A stretch of 64,000 nucleotides of DNA from Lingula anatina (taxonomy: Eukaryota; Animalia; Brachiopoda): positions 22,010,001-22,074,000 of the forward strand of contig CM120642.1 of the NCBI GenBank assembly GCA_051362555.1, written 5' to 3'. The notes beneath the pieces are model-generated. The model was not told where the DNA came from. It made no database searches and saw nothing but the letters and a program-made list of their open reading frames with translations. Shown here piece by piece: positions 42,242 through 56,174 of the stretch (positions are counted from its first letter, which is position 1; every line of letters starts with the position of its first letter). A program made the position numbers and the translations under genes.

Positions 42242-45200
42242 CTAATTACAGTGCACATTACTATTATCAATGTACATGTTTATATTCATTTTAATCACTG
42301 TGTATGTTTGCGTTGTTACTGTTTGTGTCTGCATATATTTCTGATCACTGTGTAAGTCTGTTTGTTTTTCTATTTGTTTGTAATCATTGTCATTGCTGTT
42401 CATGTTTGTGTTGTCATTGTTTTGGTTTGTTTTTATTGGGATCACTGTGTATGTTTGTGTCATTATTGTTGGTGTTTGTATTTATTATTAGCAATGTGTA
42501 TGTCAGTTTTGTCCCTCTATTTGTTTATTATTATAACTATAGCACTGAATGCTGAGTGTTGTCAATGTATGTCTATGTGTCTATTTATATTCTTTTTTCT
42601 GTGTCTATTCTGTATTGATACTAAATGTGTTTGTGTATATTGTGATGACTGTGTACGGCTATGTTTGCACTCTTTTCCCTTGTGTTCATTGTCATAACAG
42701 TGCACGTTACTGTTATCACTGTCCATGTATATATTTATTTTGATCAAAGTGTATGTTTGTGTTGTTATTGTTTGTGTCTGCACATAATTCTGATCACTGT
42801 GAAAGTCTATTTGTCCTTCTGTTTGTTTGTAATAAATATCATTACTGTGCATGTTAATGTTGTCACTGTTTGTGTTTGTATTTATCGTGATCACTGTATG
42901 TGTTTGCGTCATTACTATTAATGTTTGTATTTATTGTGAACACTATTTCCATTCTGTACTGTTCGTGTTTGTATATATATTGTGATCACTGTGTATGTCT
43001 CTGTTTTCACTCCATCACTGATCACTGTGTATTACTGTGTAATCATCCAATTAATTTGTGTTCATTCTGATTACTCTACATGGTTGTGTTGTCACTGTAC
43101 ATGTCAAAATTCATTCTGATCACTGTGTATGTCTGTATTGTGACTGTGTTTGTTTGTATTTATTTACATTAATGTTCATGTTTGTGTTGGCACTGGTCAT
43201 TTTTGTATTTATTGTGAGCATTATGTACGTCTATTTTGTCAGTGTATTTGTTTGTAATCATTACTATTACTCTGCATGATAGTACTGTCACTGTATGTCT
43301 ATGTGTCTGTTTATATTCTGTTCTCTGAGTCTATTCTGTATTGTCACTGTATGTGTTTCCATGTATTGTGATCACTGTGTATGGCTATGTTTTCACTCTT
43401 TTTCCTTGTGTTCATTTTCATTACGATGCATGTTACTGTTATAACTGTACATGTTAATATTTATTTTGATCACTGTACCTGTTTGTGTCATTACTGTTGG
43501 TGTTTGTATTTATTGAGAGCAATGTTTATGTCAGTTTTTTCTCTCTATATGTTTTTAATCATTATTATAACTGTTCATGTTTGTGTTGTTGCTGCAAGCA
43601 TAGATTGTGGCTGTTTATATTCCGATTGCTGTTTCCATTTTCTATTGTCATGTGTGTATGTCTGTATTGTGACCGTGTTTGTTTGTATTTATTTACATTA
43701 CTGTTCATGTTTGTGTCATTACTGTTGGTGTTTGTATTAATTGTTAGCAATGCTTATGTCAGTTTTGTCCCTCTTTTTGTTTATTATTATAACTATAGCA
43801 CTGAATGCTGAGTGTTGTCAAGGTATGTCTATGTGTCTCTTTATATTCTTTTTCTGTGTCTATTCTGTATTGATACTAAATGTGTTTGTGTATATTGTGA
43901 TGACTGTGTACGGCTATGTTTGCACTCTTTTCCCTTGTGTTCATTGTCATAACAGTGCACATTACTGTTATCATTGTCCATGTGAATATTTATTAAGATC
44001 AATGTGTATGTTTGTGTTGTTACTGTTTGTGTCTGCACATAATTCTGATCACTGTGAAAGTCTATTTGTCCTTCTGTTTGTTTGTAATAATTCTCATTAC
44101 TGTGCATGATAATGATGTCACTGTTTGTGTTTGTATTTATTGTGATCCATGTATGTGTTTGCGTAGGTACTGTTGTTGTTTGTATTTATTGTGAACACTG
44201 TTTCTATTCAGTGCTGTCATTGTACGTGTTTGTATATATATTGTGATCACTTCATCCTTGTGTTCATTTTCATTACAATGCATGTTACTGTTATAACAGT
44301 TACTTTGTTACTTTATATGGTTGTGTTGTCACTGTACATGTCAACTTATTCTGTTCACTGTGTATGTCTGTATTGTGACTGTGTTTGTTTGTATTTATTT
44401 TGATTACTGTGCATGATTGTCTTGTCACTGTTTGTGTTTGTATTTATCATGATCACTGTATATGTTTGCGTCGTTACTGTTGATGTTTGTATTTATTGTC
44501 AACACTGTTTCCATGCTGTACTGTCATTGTATGTTTTTGTATATATATTGTGATCACTGTGTATGTCTTTGTTTTCACCCCATCACTGATCATTGTGTAT
44601 GACTGTGCTATCACCTAATTAATTAGTGTTCATTCTGGTTACTGTGCATGGTTGTGTTGTCACTATACATGTCAAAATTTATTCTGATCACTGTGTATGT
44701 CTGTATTGTGACTGTGTTTGTTTGTATTTATTTACATTACTGTTCACATTTGTGTTGTCACTGTTCGTGTTTCTATTTATTGTGAGCAATGTGTATGTCT
44801 GTTTTGTCAATGTATTTGTTTGTAATCATTTCTATTACTCTGCATGATGGTACTGTCACTGTATGTGTATGTGTCTCTTTATATTCTGTACTCTGTGTCT
44901 ATTCTGTATTGTCACTGTATGTGTTTCCATGTATTGTGATCACTGTGTACGGCTATGTTTTCACTCTTTTTTCCTTTTGCTCATTTTCATTACGAAGCAT
45001 GTTACTGTTATAACTGTGCATGTTAATATTTATTTTGATCACTGTTCATGTTTGTGTCATTACTGTTGGTGTTTCTATTGTGAGCAATGTTTATGTCAGT
45101 TTTTACTCTCTATATGTTTCTTTATCATTATTATAACTGTTCATGTTTGTGTTGTTGCTGTAAGCATAGTTTGTGTCTTTTTATGTTCCAATTGCTGTTT

Positions 45201-46886
45201 CCATTCTCTATTGTCATTATATGTGTTTGTATATGTATTGTGATCACTGTGTATGTCTGTGTTTTCACCCCATCACTGATCACTGTGTATGACTGTGCTA
45301 TCACCTAATTATATAATTAGTGTTCATTCTGGTTACTGTGCATGGTTGCGTTGTCACTGTACATGTCAAAATTTATTCTGATCACTGTGTATGTCTGTAT
45401 TGTGACTGTGTTTGTTTGTATTTATTAACATTACTGTTCATGTTTGTGTCATTACTGTTGGTGTTTTTATTTATTGTTAGTAATGTGTATGTCAGTTTTG
45501 TCTTTAAATTACTACTGCGCTGAATGATGGTGTTTTCAATGTATGACTATGTTTCTGTTTATATTCTGTTTGCTGTGTCTATTCACTATTGCTACTGAAT
45601 GTGTTTGTATATATTGTGGTTACTGTGTATGGCTATGTTTCCACCCTTTTTACTTGTGTTTATTCTAATTACAGTGCACATTACTATTATCAATGTACAT
45701 GTTTATATTAATTTTGACCACTGTGTATGTTTGTGTTGTTACTGTTTGTGTCTACACATAATTCTGATCACTGTGAAAGTCTGTTTGTCCTTCTATTTGT
45801 TTGTAATAATTATCATTACTGTGCCTGTTAATGTTATCACTGTTTGTGTTTGTATTTATTGTGATCACTGTATGTGTTTGCATAGTTACTGTTTATGTTT
45901 GTATTTATTGTGAACACTGTTTCTATTCTGTACTGTCATTGTACATGTTTGTATATATATTGTGATCACTGTGTATATCTCTGTTTTTCACTCCATCACT
46001 GATCACTGTGTATTACTGTGTATTACTGTGTAATCATCCAATTAATTTGTGTTTATTCTGATTACTATACATGGTTGCGTTGTCACTGTACATGTCAAAA
46101 TTTATTCTGATCACTGTGTATGTCTGTATTGGGACTGTGTTTGTTTGTATTTATTTACATTACTGCTCTCGTTTGTGTTGTCACTGTTCGTGTTTGTATT
46201 TATTGTGAGCAATGTGCATGTCTGTTTTGTCAATGTATTTGTTTGTAATCATTACTATTACTCTGCATGATAGTACTGTCACTGTATGTCTGTGTGTCTG
46301 TTTATATTCTTGTGTTCATTTTCATTACTGTGGAAGTTACTTTTATCACTTTTACTGTTAATATTTATTTTGTTCACTATGCTTGTTACTGTTATAACAG
46401 CTACTTGGTTACTTTACATGGTTGTGTTGTCACTGTACATGTCAGCTTATTCTATTCACTGTGTATGTCTGTGTTTTCACCCCATCACTATCACTGTGTA
46501 TGACTCTGCTATCACCTAATTATATATGTGTTTATTCTGGTTACTGTGCATGGTTGTGTTGTCACTGTACATGTCAAAATTTATTCTGATCACTGTGTAT
46601 GTCTGTATTGTGACTCTGTTTGTTTGTATTTATTTACATTACTGTTCATGTTTGTGTCATTACTGTTGGTGTTTGTATTTATTGTTAGCAATGCTTATGT
46701 CAGTTTTGTCACTCTCTTTGTTTGTAAACATTACTATCGCTCTGAATGATGGTGTTGTCAATGTATGACTATGTGTCTGTTTATATTCTGTTTGCTATGT
46801 CTATTCACTATTGCTACTGAGTGTGTTTGTATATATTGTGATGACTGTGTACGCCCATGTTTCCACTCTTTTTCCTTGTGTTTATT
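42242..46886 (+). repeat. HOR copy U12, full length, 4645 bp
   Basis: Anchor spacing 4645. Confidence 0.95.
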
Positions 46887-49800
46887 CTAATTACAGTGCA
46901 CATTACTATTATCAATGTACATGTTTATATTCATTTTAATCACTGTGTATGTTTGCGTTGTTACTGTTTGTGTCTGCATATATTTCTGATCACTGTGTAA
47001 GTCTGTTTGTTTTTCTATTTGTTTGTAATCATTGTCATTGCTGTTCATGTTTGTGTTGTCATTGTTTTGGTTTGTTTTTATTGGGATCACTGTGTATGTT
47101 TGTGTCATTATTGTTGGTGTTTGTATTTATTATTAGCAATGTGTATGTCAGTTTTGTCCCTCTATTTGTTTATTATTATAACTATAGCACTGAATGCTGA
47201 GTGTTGTCAATGTATGTCTATGTGTCTATTTATATTCTTTTTTCTGTGTCTGTTCTGTATTGATACTAAATGTGTTTGTGTATATTGTGATGACTGTGAA
47301 CGGCTATGTTTGCACTTTTTTCCCTTGTGTTCATTGTCATAACAGTGCACGTTACTGTTATCACTGTCCATGTATATATTTATTTTGATCAAAGTGTATG
47401 TTTGTGTTGTTATTGTTTGTGTCTGCACATAATTCTGATCACTGTGAAAGTCTATTTGTCCTTCTGTTTGTTTGTAATAAATATCATTACTGTGCATGTT
47501 AATGTTGTCACTGTTTGTGTTTGTATTTATCGTGATCACTGTATGTGTTTGCGTCATTACTATTAATGTTTGTATTTATTGTGAACACTATTTCCATTCT
47601 GTACTGTTCGTGTTTGTATATATATTGTGATCACTGTGTATGTCTCTGTTTTCACTCCATCACTGATTACTGTGTATTACTGTGTAATCATCCAATTAAT
47701 TTGTGTTCATTCTGATTACTCTACATGGTTGTGTTGTCACTGTACATGTCAAAATTCATTCTGATCACTGTGTATGTCTGTATTGTGACTGTGTTTGTTT
47801 GTATTTATTTACATTAATGTTCATGTTTGTGTTGGCACTGGTCATTTTTGTATTTATTGTGAGCATTATGTACGTCTATTTTGTCAGTGTATTTGTTTGT
47901 AATCATTACTATTACTCTGCATGATAGTACTGTCACTGTATGTCTATGTGTCTGTTTATATTCTGTTCTCTGAGTCTATTCTGTATTGTCACTGTATGTG
48001 TTTCCATGTATTGTGATCACTGTGTATGGCTATGTTTTCACTCTTTTTCCTTGTGTTCATTTTCATTACGATGCATGTTACTGTTATAACTGTACATGTT
48101 AATATTTATTTTGATCACTGTACCTGTTGTGTCATTACTGTTGGTGTTTGTATTTATTGAGAGCAATGTTTATGTCAGTTTTTTCTCTCTATATGTTTTT
48201 AATCATTATTATAACTGTTCATGTTTGTGTTGTTGCTGCAAGCATAGATTGTGGCTGTTTATATTCCGATTGCTGTTTCCATTTTCTATTGTCATGTGTG
48301 TATGTCTGTATTGTGACCGTGTTTGTTTGTATTTATTTACATTACTGTTCATGTTTGTGTCATTACTGTTGGTGTTTGTATTAATTGTTAGCAATGCTTA
48401 TGTCAGTTTTGTCCCTCTTTTTGTTTATTATTATAACTATAGCACTGAATGCTGAGTGTTGTCAATGTATGTCTATGTGTCTATTTATATTCTTTTTCTG
48501 TGTCTATTCTGTATTGATACTAAATGTGTTTGTGTATATTGTGATGACTGTGTACGGCTATGTTTGCACTCTTTTCCCTTGTGTTCATTGTCATAACAGT
48601 GCACATTACTGTTATCATTGTCCATGTGAATATTTATTAAGATCAATGTGTATGTTTGTGTTGTTACTGTTTGTGTCTGCACATAATTCTGATCACTGTG
48701 AAAGTCTATTTGTCCTTCTGTTTGTTTGTAATGATTCTCATTACTGTGCATGATAATGATGTCACTGTTTGTGTTTGTATTTATTGTGATCACTGTATGT
48801 GTTTGCGTAGGTACTGTTGTTGTTTGTATTTATTGTGAACACTGTTTCTATTCAGTGCTGTCATTGTACGTGTTTGTATATATATTGTGATCACTTCATC
48901 CTTGTGTTCATTTTCATTACAATGCATGTTACTGTTATAACAGTTACTTTGTTACTTTATATGGTTGTGTTGTCACTGTACATGTCAACTTATTCTGTTC
49001 ACTGTGTATGTCTGTATTGTGACTGTGTTTGTTTGTATTTATTTTGATTACTGTGCATGATTGTCTTGTCACTGTTTGTGTTTGTATTTATCATGATCAC
49101 TGTATATGTTTGCATCGTTACTGTTGATGTTTGTATTTATTGTCAACACTGTTTCCATGCTGTACTGTCATTGTATGTTTTTGTATATATATTGTGATCA
49201 CTGTGTATGTCTTTGTTTTCACCCCATCACTGATCATTGTGTATGACTGTGCTATCACCTAATTAATTAGTGTTCATTCTGGTTACTGTGCATGGTTGTG
49301 TTGTCACTATACATGTCAAAATTTATTCTGATCACTGTGTATGTCTGTATTGTGACTGTGTTTGTTTGTATTTATTTACATTACTGTTCACATTTGTGTT
49401 GTCACTGTTCGTGTTTCTATTTATTGTGAGCAATGTGTATGTCTGTTTTGTCAATGTATTTGTTTGTAATCATTTCTATTACTCTGCATGATGGTACTGT
49501 CACTGTATGTGTATGTGTCTCTTTATATTCTGTACTCTGTGTCTATTCTGTATTGTCACTGTATGTGTTTCCATGTATTGTGATCACTGTGTACGGCTAT
49601 GTTTTCACTCTTTTTTCCTTTTGCTCATTTTCATTACGAAGCATGTTACTGTTATAACTGTGCATGTTAATATTTATTTTGATCACTGTTCATGTTTGTG
49701 TCATTACTGTTGGTGTTTCTATTGTGAGCAATGTTTATGTCAGTTTTTACTCTCTATATGTTTCTTTATCATTATTATAACTGTTCATGTTTGTGTTGTT

Positions 49801-51530
49801 GCTGTAAGCATAGTTTGTGTCTTTTTATGTTCCAATTGCTGTTTCCATTCTCTATTGTCATTATATGTGTTTGTATATGTATTGTGATCACTGTGTATGT
49901 CTGTGTTTTCACCCCATCACTGATCACTGTGTATGACTGTGCTATCACCTAATTATATAATTAGTGTTCATTCTGGTTACTGTGCATGGTTGCGTTGTCA
50001 CTGTACATGTCAAAATTTATTCTGATCACTGTGTATGTCTGTATTGTGACTGTGTTTGTTTGTATTTATTAACATTACTGTTCATGTTTGTGTCATTACT
50101 GTTGGTGTTTTTATTTATTGTTAGTAATGTGTATGTCAGTTTTGTCTTTAAATTACTACTGCGCTGAATGATGGTGTTTTCAATGTATGACTATGTTTCT
50201 GTTTATATTCTGTTTGCTGTGTCTATTCACTATTGCTACTGAATGTGTTTGTATATATTGTGGTTACTGTGTATGGCTATGTTTCCACCCTTTTTCCTTG
50301 TGTTTATTCTAATTACAGTGCACATTACTATTATCAATGTACATGTTTATATTAATTTTGACCACTGTGTATGTTTGTGTTGTTACTGTTTGTGTCTACA
50401 CATAATTCTGATCACTGTGAAAGTCTGTTTGTCCTTCTATTTGTTTGTAATAATTATCATTACTGTGCCTGTTAATGTTATCACTGTTTGTGTTTGTATT
50501 TATTGTGATCACTGTATGTGTTTGCATAGTTACTGTTTATGTTTGTATTTATTGTGAACACTGTTTCTATTCTGTACTGTCATTGTACATGTTTGTATAT
50601 ATATTGTGATCACTGTGTATATCTCTGTTTTTCACTCCATCACTGATCACTGTGTATTACTGTGTATTACTGTGTAATCATCCAATTAATTTGTGTTTAT
50701 TCTGATTACTATACATGGTTGCGTTGTCACTGTACATGTCAAAATTTATTCTGATCACTGTGTATGTCTGTATTGGGACTGTGTTTGTTTGTATTTATTT
50801 ACATTACTGCTCTCGTTTGTGTTGTCACTGTTCGTGTTTGTATTTATTGTGAGCAATGTGCAAGTCTGTTTTGTCAATGTATTTGTTTGTAATCATTACT
50901 ATTACTCTGCATGATAGTACTGTCACTGTATGTCTGTGTGTCTGTTTATATTCTTGTGTTCATTTTCATTACTGTGGAAGTTACTTTTATCACTTTTACT
51001 GTTAATATTTATTTTGTTCACTATGCTTGTTACTGTTATAACAGCTACTTGGTTACTTTACATGGTTGTGTAGTCACTGTACATGTCAGCTTATTCTGTT
51101 CACTGTGTATGTCTGTGTTTTCACCCCATCACTATCACTGTGTATGACTCTGCTATCACCTAATTATATATGTGTTTATTCTGGTTACTGTGCATGGTTG
51201 TGTTGTCACTGTACATGTCAAAATTTATTCTGATCACTGTGTATGTCTGTATTGTGACTCTGTTTGTTTGTATTTATTTACATTACTGTTCATGTTTGTG
51301 TCATTACTGTTGGTGTTTGTATTTATTGTTAGCAATGCTTATGTCAGTTTTGTCACTCTCTTTGTTTGTAAACATTACTATTGCTCTGAATGATGGTGTT
51401 GTCAATGTATGACTATGTGTCTGTTTATATTCTGTTTGCTATGTCTATTCACTATTGCTACTGAGTGTGTTTGTATATATTGTGATGACTGTGTACGCCC
51501 ATGTTTCCACTCTTTTTCCTTGTGTTTATT
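46887..51530 (+). repeat. HOR copy U13, 4644 bp (1-bp deletion)
   Basis: Anchor spacing 4644; cctgttgtg near 48127 versus cctgtttgtg at 1321. Confidence 0.95.
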
Positions 51531-54500
51531 CTAATTACAGTGCACATTACTATTATCAATGTACATGTTTATATTCATTTTAATCACTGTGTATGTTTGC
51601 GTTGTTACTGTTTGTGTCTGCATATATTTCTGATCACTGTGTAAGTCTGTTTGTTTTTCTATTTGTTTGTAATCATTGTCATTGCTGTTCATGTTTGTGT
51701 TGTCATTGTTTTGGTTTGTTTTTATTGGGATCACTGTGTATGTTTGTGTCATTATTGTTGGTGTTTGTATTTATTATTAGCAATGTGTATGTCAGTTTTG
51801 TCCCTCTATTTGTTTATTATTATAACTATAGCACTGAATGCTGAGTGTTGTCAATGTATGTCTATGTGTCTATTTATATTCTTTTTTCTGTGTCTGTTCT
51901 GTATTGATACTAAATGTGTTTGTGTATATTGTGATGACTGTGAACGGCTATGTTTGCACTTTTTTCCCTTGTGTTCATTGTCATAACAGTGCACGTTACT
52001 GTTATCACTGTCCATGTATATATTTATTTTGATCAAAGTGTATGTTTGTGTTGTTATTGTTTGTGTCTGCACATAATTCTGATCACTGTGAAAGTCTATT
52101 TGTCCTTCTGTTTGTTTGTAATAAATATCATTACTGTGCATGTTAATGTTGTCACTGTTTGTGTTTGTATTTATCGTGATCACTGTATGTGTTTGCGTCA
52201 TTACTATTAATGTTTGTATTTATTGTGAACACTATTTCCATTCTGTACTGTTCGTGTTTGTATATATATTGTGATCACTGTGTATGTCTCTGTTTTCACT
52301 CCATCACTGATTACTGTGTATTACTGTGTAATCATCCAATTAATTTGTGTTCATTCTGATTACTCTACATGGTTGTGTTGTCACTGTACATGTCAAAATT
52401 CATTCTGATCACTGTGTATGTCTGTATTGTGACTGTGTTTGTTTGTATTTATTTACATTAATGTTCATGTTTGTGTTGGCACTGGTCATTTTTGTATTTA
52501 TTGTGAGCATTATGTACGTCTATTTTGTCAGTGTATTTGTTTGTAATCATTACTATTACTCTGCATGATAGTACTGTCACTGTATGTCTATGTGTCTGTT
52601 TATATTCTGTTCTCTGAGTCTATTCTGTATTGTCACTGTATGTGTTTCCATGTATTGTGATCACTGTGTATGGCTATGTTTTCACTCTTTTTCCTTGTGT
52701 TCATTTTCATTACGATGCATGTTACTGTTATAACTGTACATGTTAATATTTATTTTGATCACTGTACCTGTTGTGTCATTACTGTTGGTGTTTGTATTTA
52801 TTGAGAGCAATGTTTATGTCAGTTTTTTCTCTCTATATGTTTTTAATCATTATTATAACTGTTCATGTTTGTGTTGTTGCTGCAAGCATAGATTGTGGCT
52901 GTTTATATTCCGATTGCTGTTTCCATTTTCTATTGTCATGTGTGTATGTCTGTATTGTGACCGTGTTTGTTTGTATTTATTTACATTACTGTTCATGTTT
53001 GTGTCATTACTGTTGGTGTTTGTATTAATTGTTAGCAATGCTTATGTCAGTTTTGTCCCTCTTTTTGTTTATTATTATAACTATAGCACTGAATGCTGAG
53101 TGTTGTCAATGTATGTCTATGTGTCTATTTATATTCTTTTTCTGTGTCTATTCTGTATTGATACTAAATGTGTTTGTGTATATTGTGATGACTGTGTACG
53201 GCTATGTTTGCACTCTTTTCCCTTGTGTTCATTGTCATAACAGTGCACATTACTGTTATCATTGTCCATGTGAATATTTATTAAGATCAATGTGTATGTT
53301 TGTGTTGTTACTGTTTGTGTCTGCACATAATTCTGATCACTGTGAAAGTCTATTTGTCCTTCTGTTTGTTTGTAATGATTCTCATTACTGTGCATGATAA
53401 TGATGTCACTGTTTGTGTTTGTATTTATTGTGATCACTGTATGTGTTTGCGTAGGTACTGTTGTTGTTTGTATTTATTGTGAACACTGTTTCTATTCAGT
53501 GCTGTCATTGTACGTGTTTGTATATATATTGTGATCACTTCATCCTTGTGTTCATTTTCATTACAATGCATGTTACTGTTATAACAGTTACTTTGTTACT
53601 TTATATGGTTGTGTTGTCACTGTACATGTCAACTTATTCTGTTCACTGTGTATGTCTGTATTGTGACTGTGTTTGTTTGTATTTATTTTGATTACTGTGC
53701 ATGATTGTCTTGTCACTGTTTGTGTTTGTATTTATCATGATCACTGTATATGTTTGCATCGTTACTGTTGATGTTTGTATTTATTGTCAACACTGTTTCC
53801 ATGCTGTACTGTCATTGTATGTTTTTGTATATATATTGTGATCACTGTGTATGTCTTTGTTTTCACCCCATCACTGATCATTGTGTATGACTGTGCTATC
53901 ACCTAATTAATTAGTGTTCATTCTGGTTACTGTGCATGGTTGTGTTGTCACTATACATGTCAAAATTTATTCTGATCACTGTGTATGTCTGTATTGTGAC
54001 TGTGTTTGTTTGTATTTATTTACATTACTGTTCACATTTGTGTTGTCACTGTTCGTGTTTCTATTTATTGTGAGCAATGTGTATGTCTGTTTTGTCAATG
54101 TATTTGTTTGTAATCATTTCTATTACTCTGCATGATGGTACTGTCACTGTATGTGTATGTGTCTCTTTATATTCTGTACTCTGTGTCTATTCTGTATTGT
54201 CACTGTATGTGTTTCCATGTATTGTGATCACTGTGTACGGCTATGTTTTCACTCTTTTTTCCTTTTGCTCATTTTCATTACGAAGCATGTTACTGTTATA
54301 ACTGTGCATGTTAATATTTATTTTGATCACTGTTCATGTTTGTGTCATTACTGTTGGTGTTTCTATTGTGAGCAATGTTTATGTCAGTTTTTACTCTCTA
54401 TATGTTTCTTTATCATTATTATAACTGTTCATGTTTGTGTTGTTGCTGTAAGCATAGTTTGTGTCTTTTTATGTTCCAATTGCTGTTTCCATTCTCTATT

Positions 54501-56174
54501 GTCATTATATGTGTTTGTATATGTATTGTGATCACTGTGTATGTCTGTGTTTTCACCCCATCACTGATCACTGTGTATGACTGTGCTATCACCTAATTAT
54601 ATAATTAGTGTTCATTCTGGTTACTGTGCATGGTTGCGTTGTCACTGTACATGTCAAAATTTATTCTGATCACTGTGTATGTCTGTATTGTGACTGTGTT
54701 TGTTTGTATTTATTAACATTACTGTTCATGTTTGTGTCATTACTGTTGGTGTTTTTATTTATTGTTAGTAATGTGTATGTCAGTTTTGTCTTTAAATTAC
54801 TACTGCGCTGAATGATGGTGTTTTCAATGTATGACTATGTTTCTGTTTATATTCTGTTTGCTGTGTCTATTCACTATTGCTACTGAATGTGTTTGTATAT
54901 ATTGTGGTTACTGTGTATGGCTATGTTTCCACCCTTTTTACTTGTGTTTATTCTAATTACAGTGCACATTACTATTATCAATGTACATGTTTATATTAAT
55001 TTTGACCACTGTGTATGTTTGTGTTGTTACTGTTTGTGTCTACACATAATTCTGATCACTGTGAAAGTCTGTTTGTCCTTCTATTTGTTTGTAATAATTA
55101 TCATTACTGTGCCTGTTAATGTTATCACTGTTTGTGTTTGTATTTATTGTGATCACTGTATGTGTTTGCATAGTTACTGTTTATGTTTGTATTTATTGTG
55201 AACACTGTTTCTATTCTGTACTGTCATTGTACATGTTTGTATATATATTGTGATCACTGTGTATATCTCTGTTTTTCACTCCATCACTGATCACTGTGTA
55301 TTACTGTGTATTACTGTGTAATCATCCAATTAATTTGTGTTTATTCTGATTACTATACATGGTTGCGTTGTCACTGTACATGTCAAAATTTATTCTGATC
55401 ACTGTGTATGTCTGTATTGGGACTGTGTTTGTTTGTATTTATTTACATTACTGCTCTCGTTTGTGTTGTCACTGTTCGTGTTTGTATTTATTGTGAGCAA
55501 TGTGCATGTCTGTTTTGTCAATGTATTTGTTTGTAATCATTACTATTACTCTGCATGATAGTACTGTCACTGTATGTCTGTGTGTCTGTTTATATTCTTG
55601 TGTTCATTTTCATTACTGTGGAAGTTACTTTTATCACTTTTACTGTTAATATTTATTTTGTTCACTATGCTTGTTACTGTTATAACAGCTACTTGGTTAC
55701 TTTACATGGTTGTGTTGTCACTGTACATGTCAGCTTATTCTATTCACTGTGTATGTCTGTGTTTTCACCCCATCACTATCACTGTGTATGACTCTGCTAT
55801 CACCTAATTATATATGTGTTTATTCTGGTTACTGTGCATGGTTGTGTTGTCACTGTACATGTCAAAATTTATTCTGATCACTGTGTATGTCTGTATTGTG
55901 ACTCTGTTTGTTTGTATTTATTTACATTACTGTTCATGTTTGTGTCATTACTGTTGGTGTTTGTATTTATTGTTAGCAATGCTTATGTCAGTTTTGTCAC
56001 TCTCTTTGTTTGTAAACATTACTATTGCTCTGAATGATGGTGTTGTCAATGTATGACTATGTGTCTGTTTATATTCTGTTTGCTATGTCTATTCACTATT
56101 GCTACTGAGTGTGTTTGTATATATTGTGATGACTGTGTACGCCCATGTTTCCACTCTTTTTCCTTGTGTTTATT
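51531..56174 (+). repeat. HOR copy U14, 4644 bp
   Basis: Anchor spacing 4644; same 1-bp deletion near 52771. Confidence 0.95.
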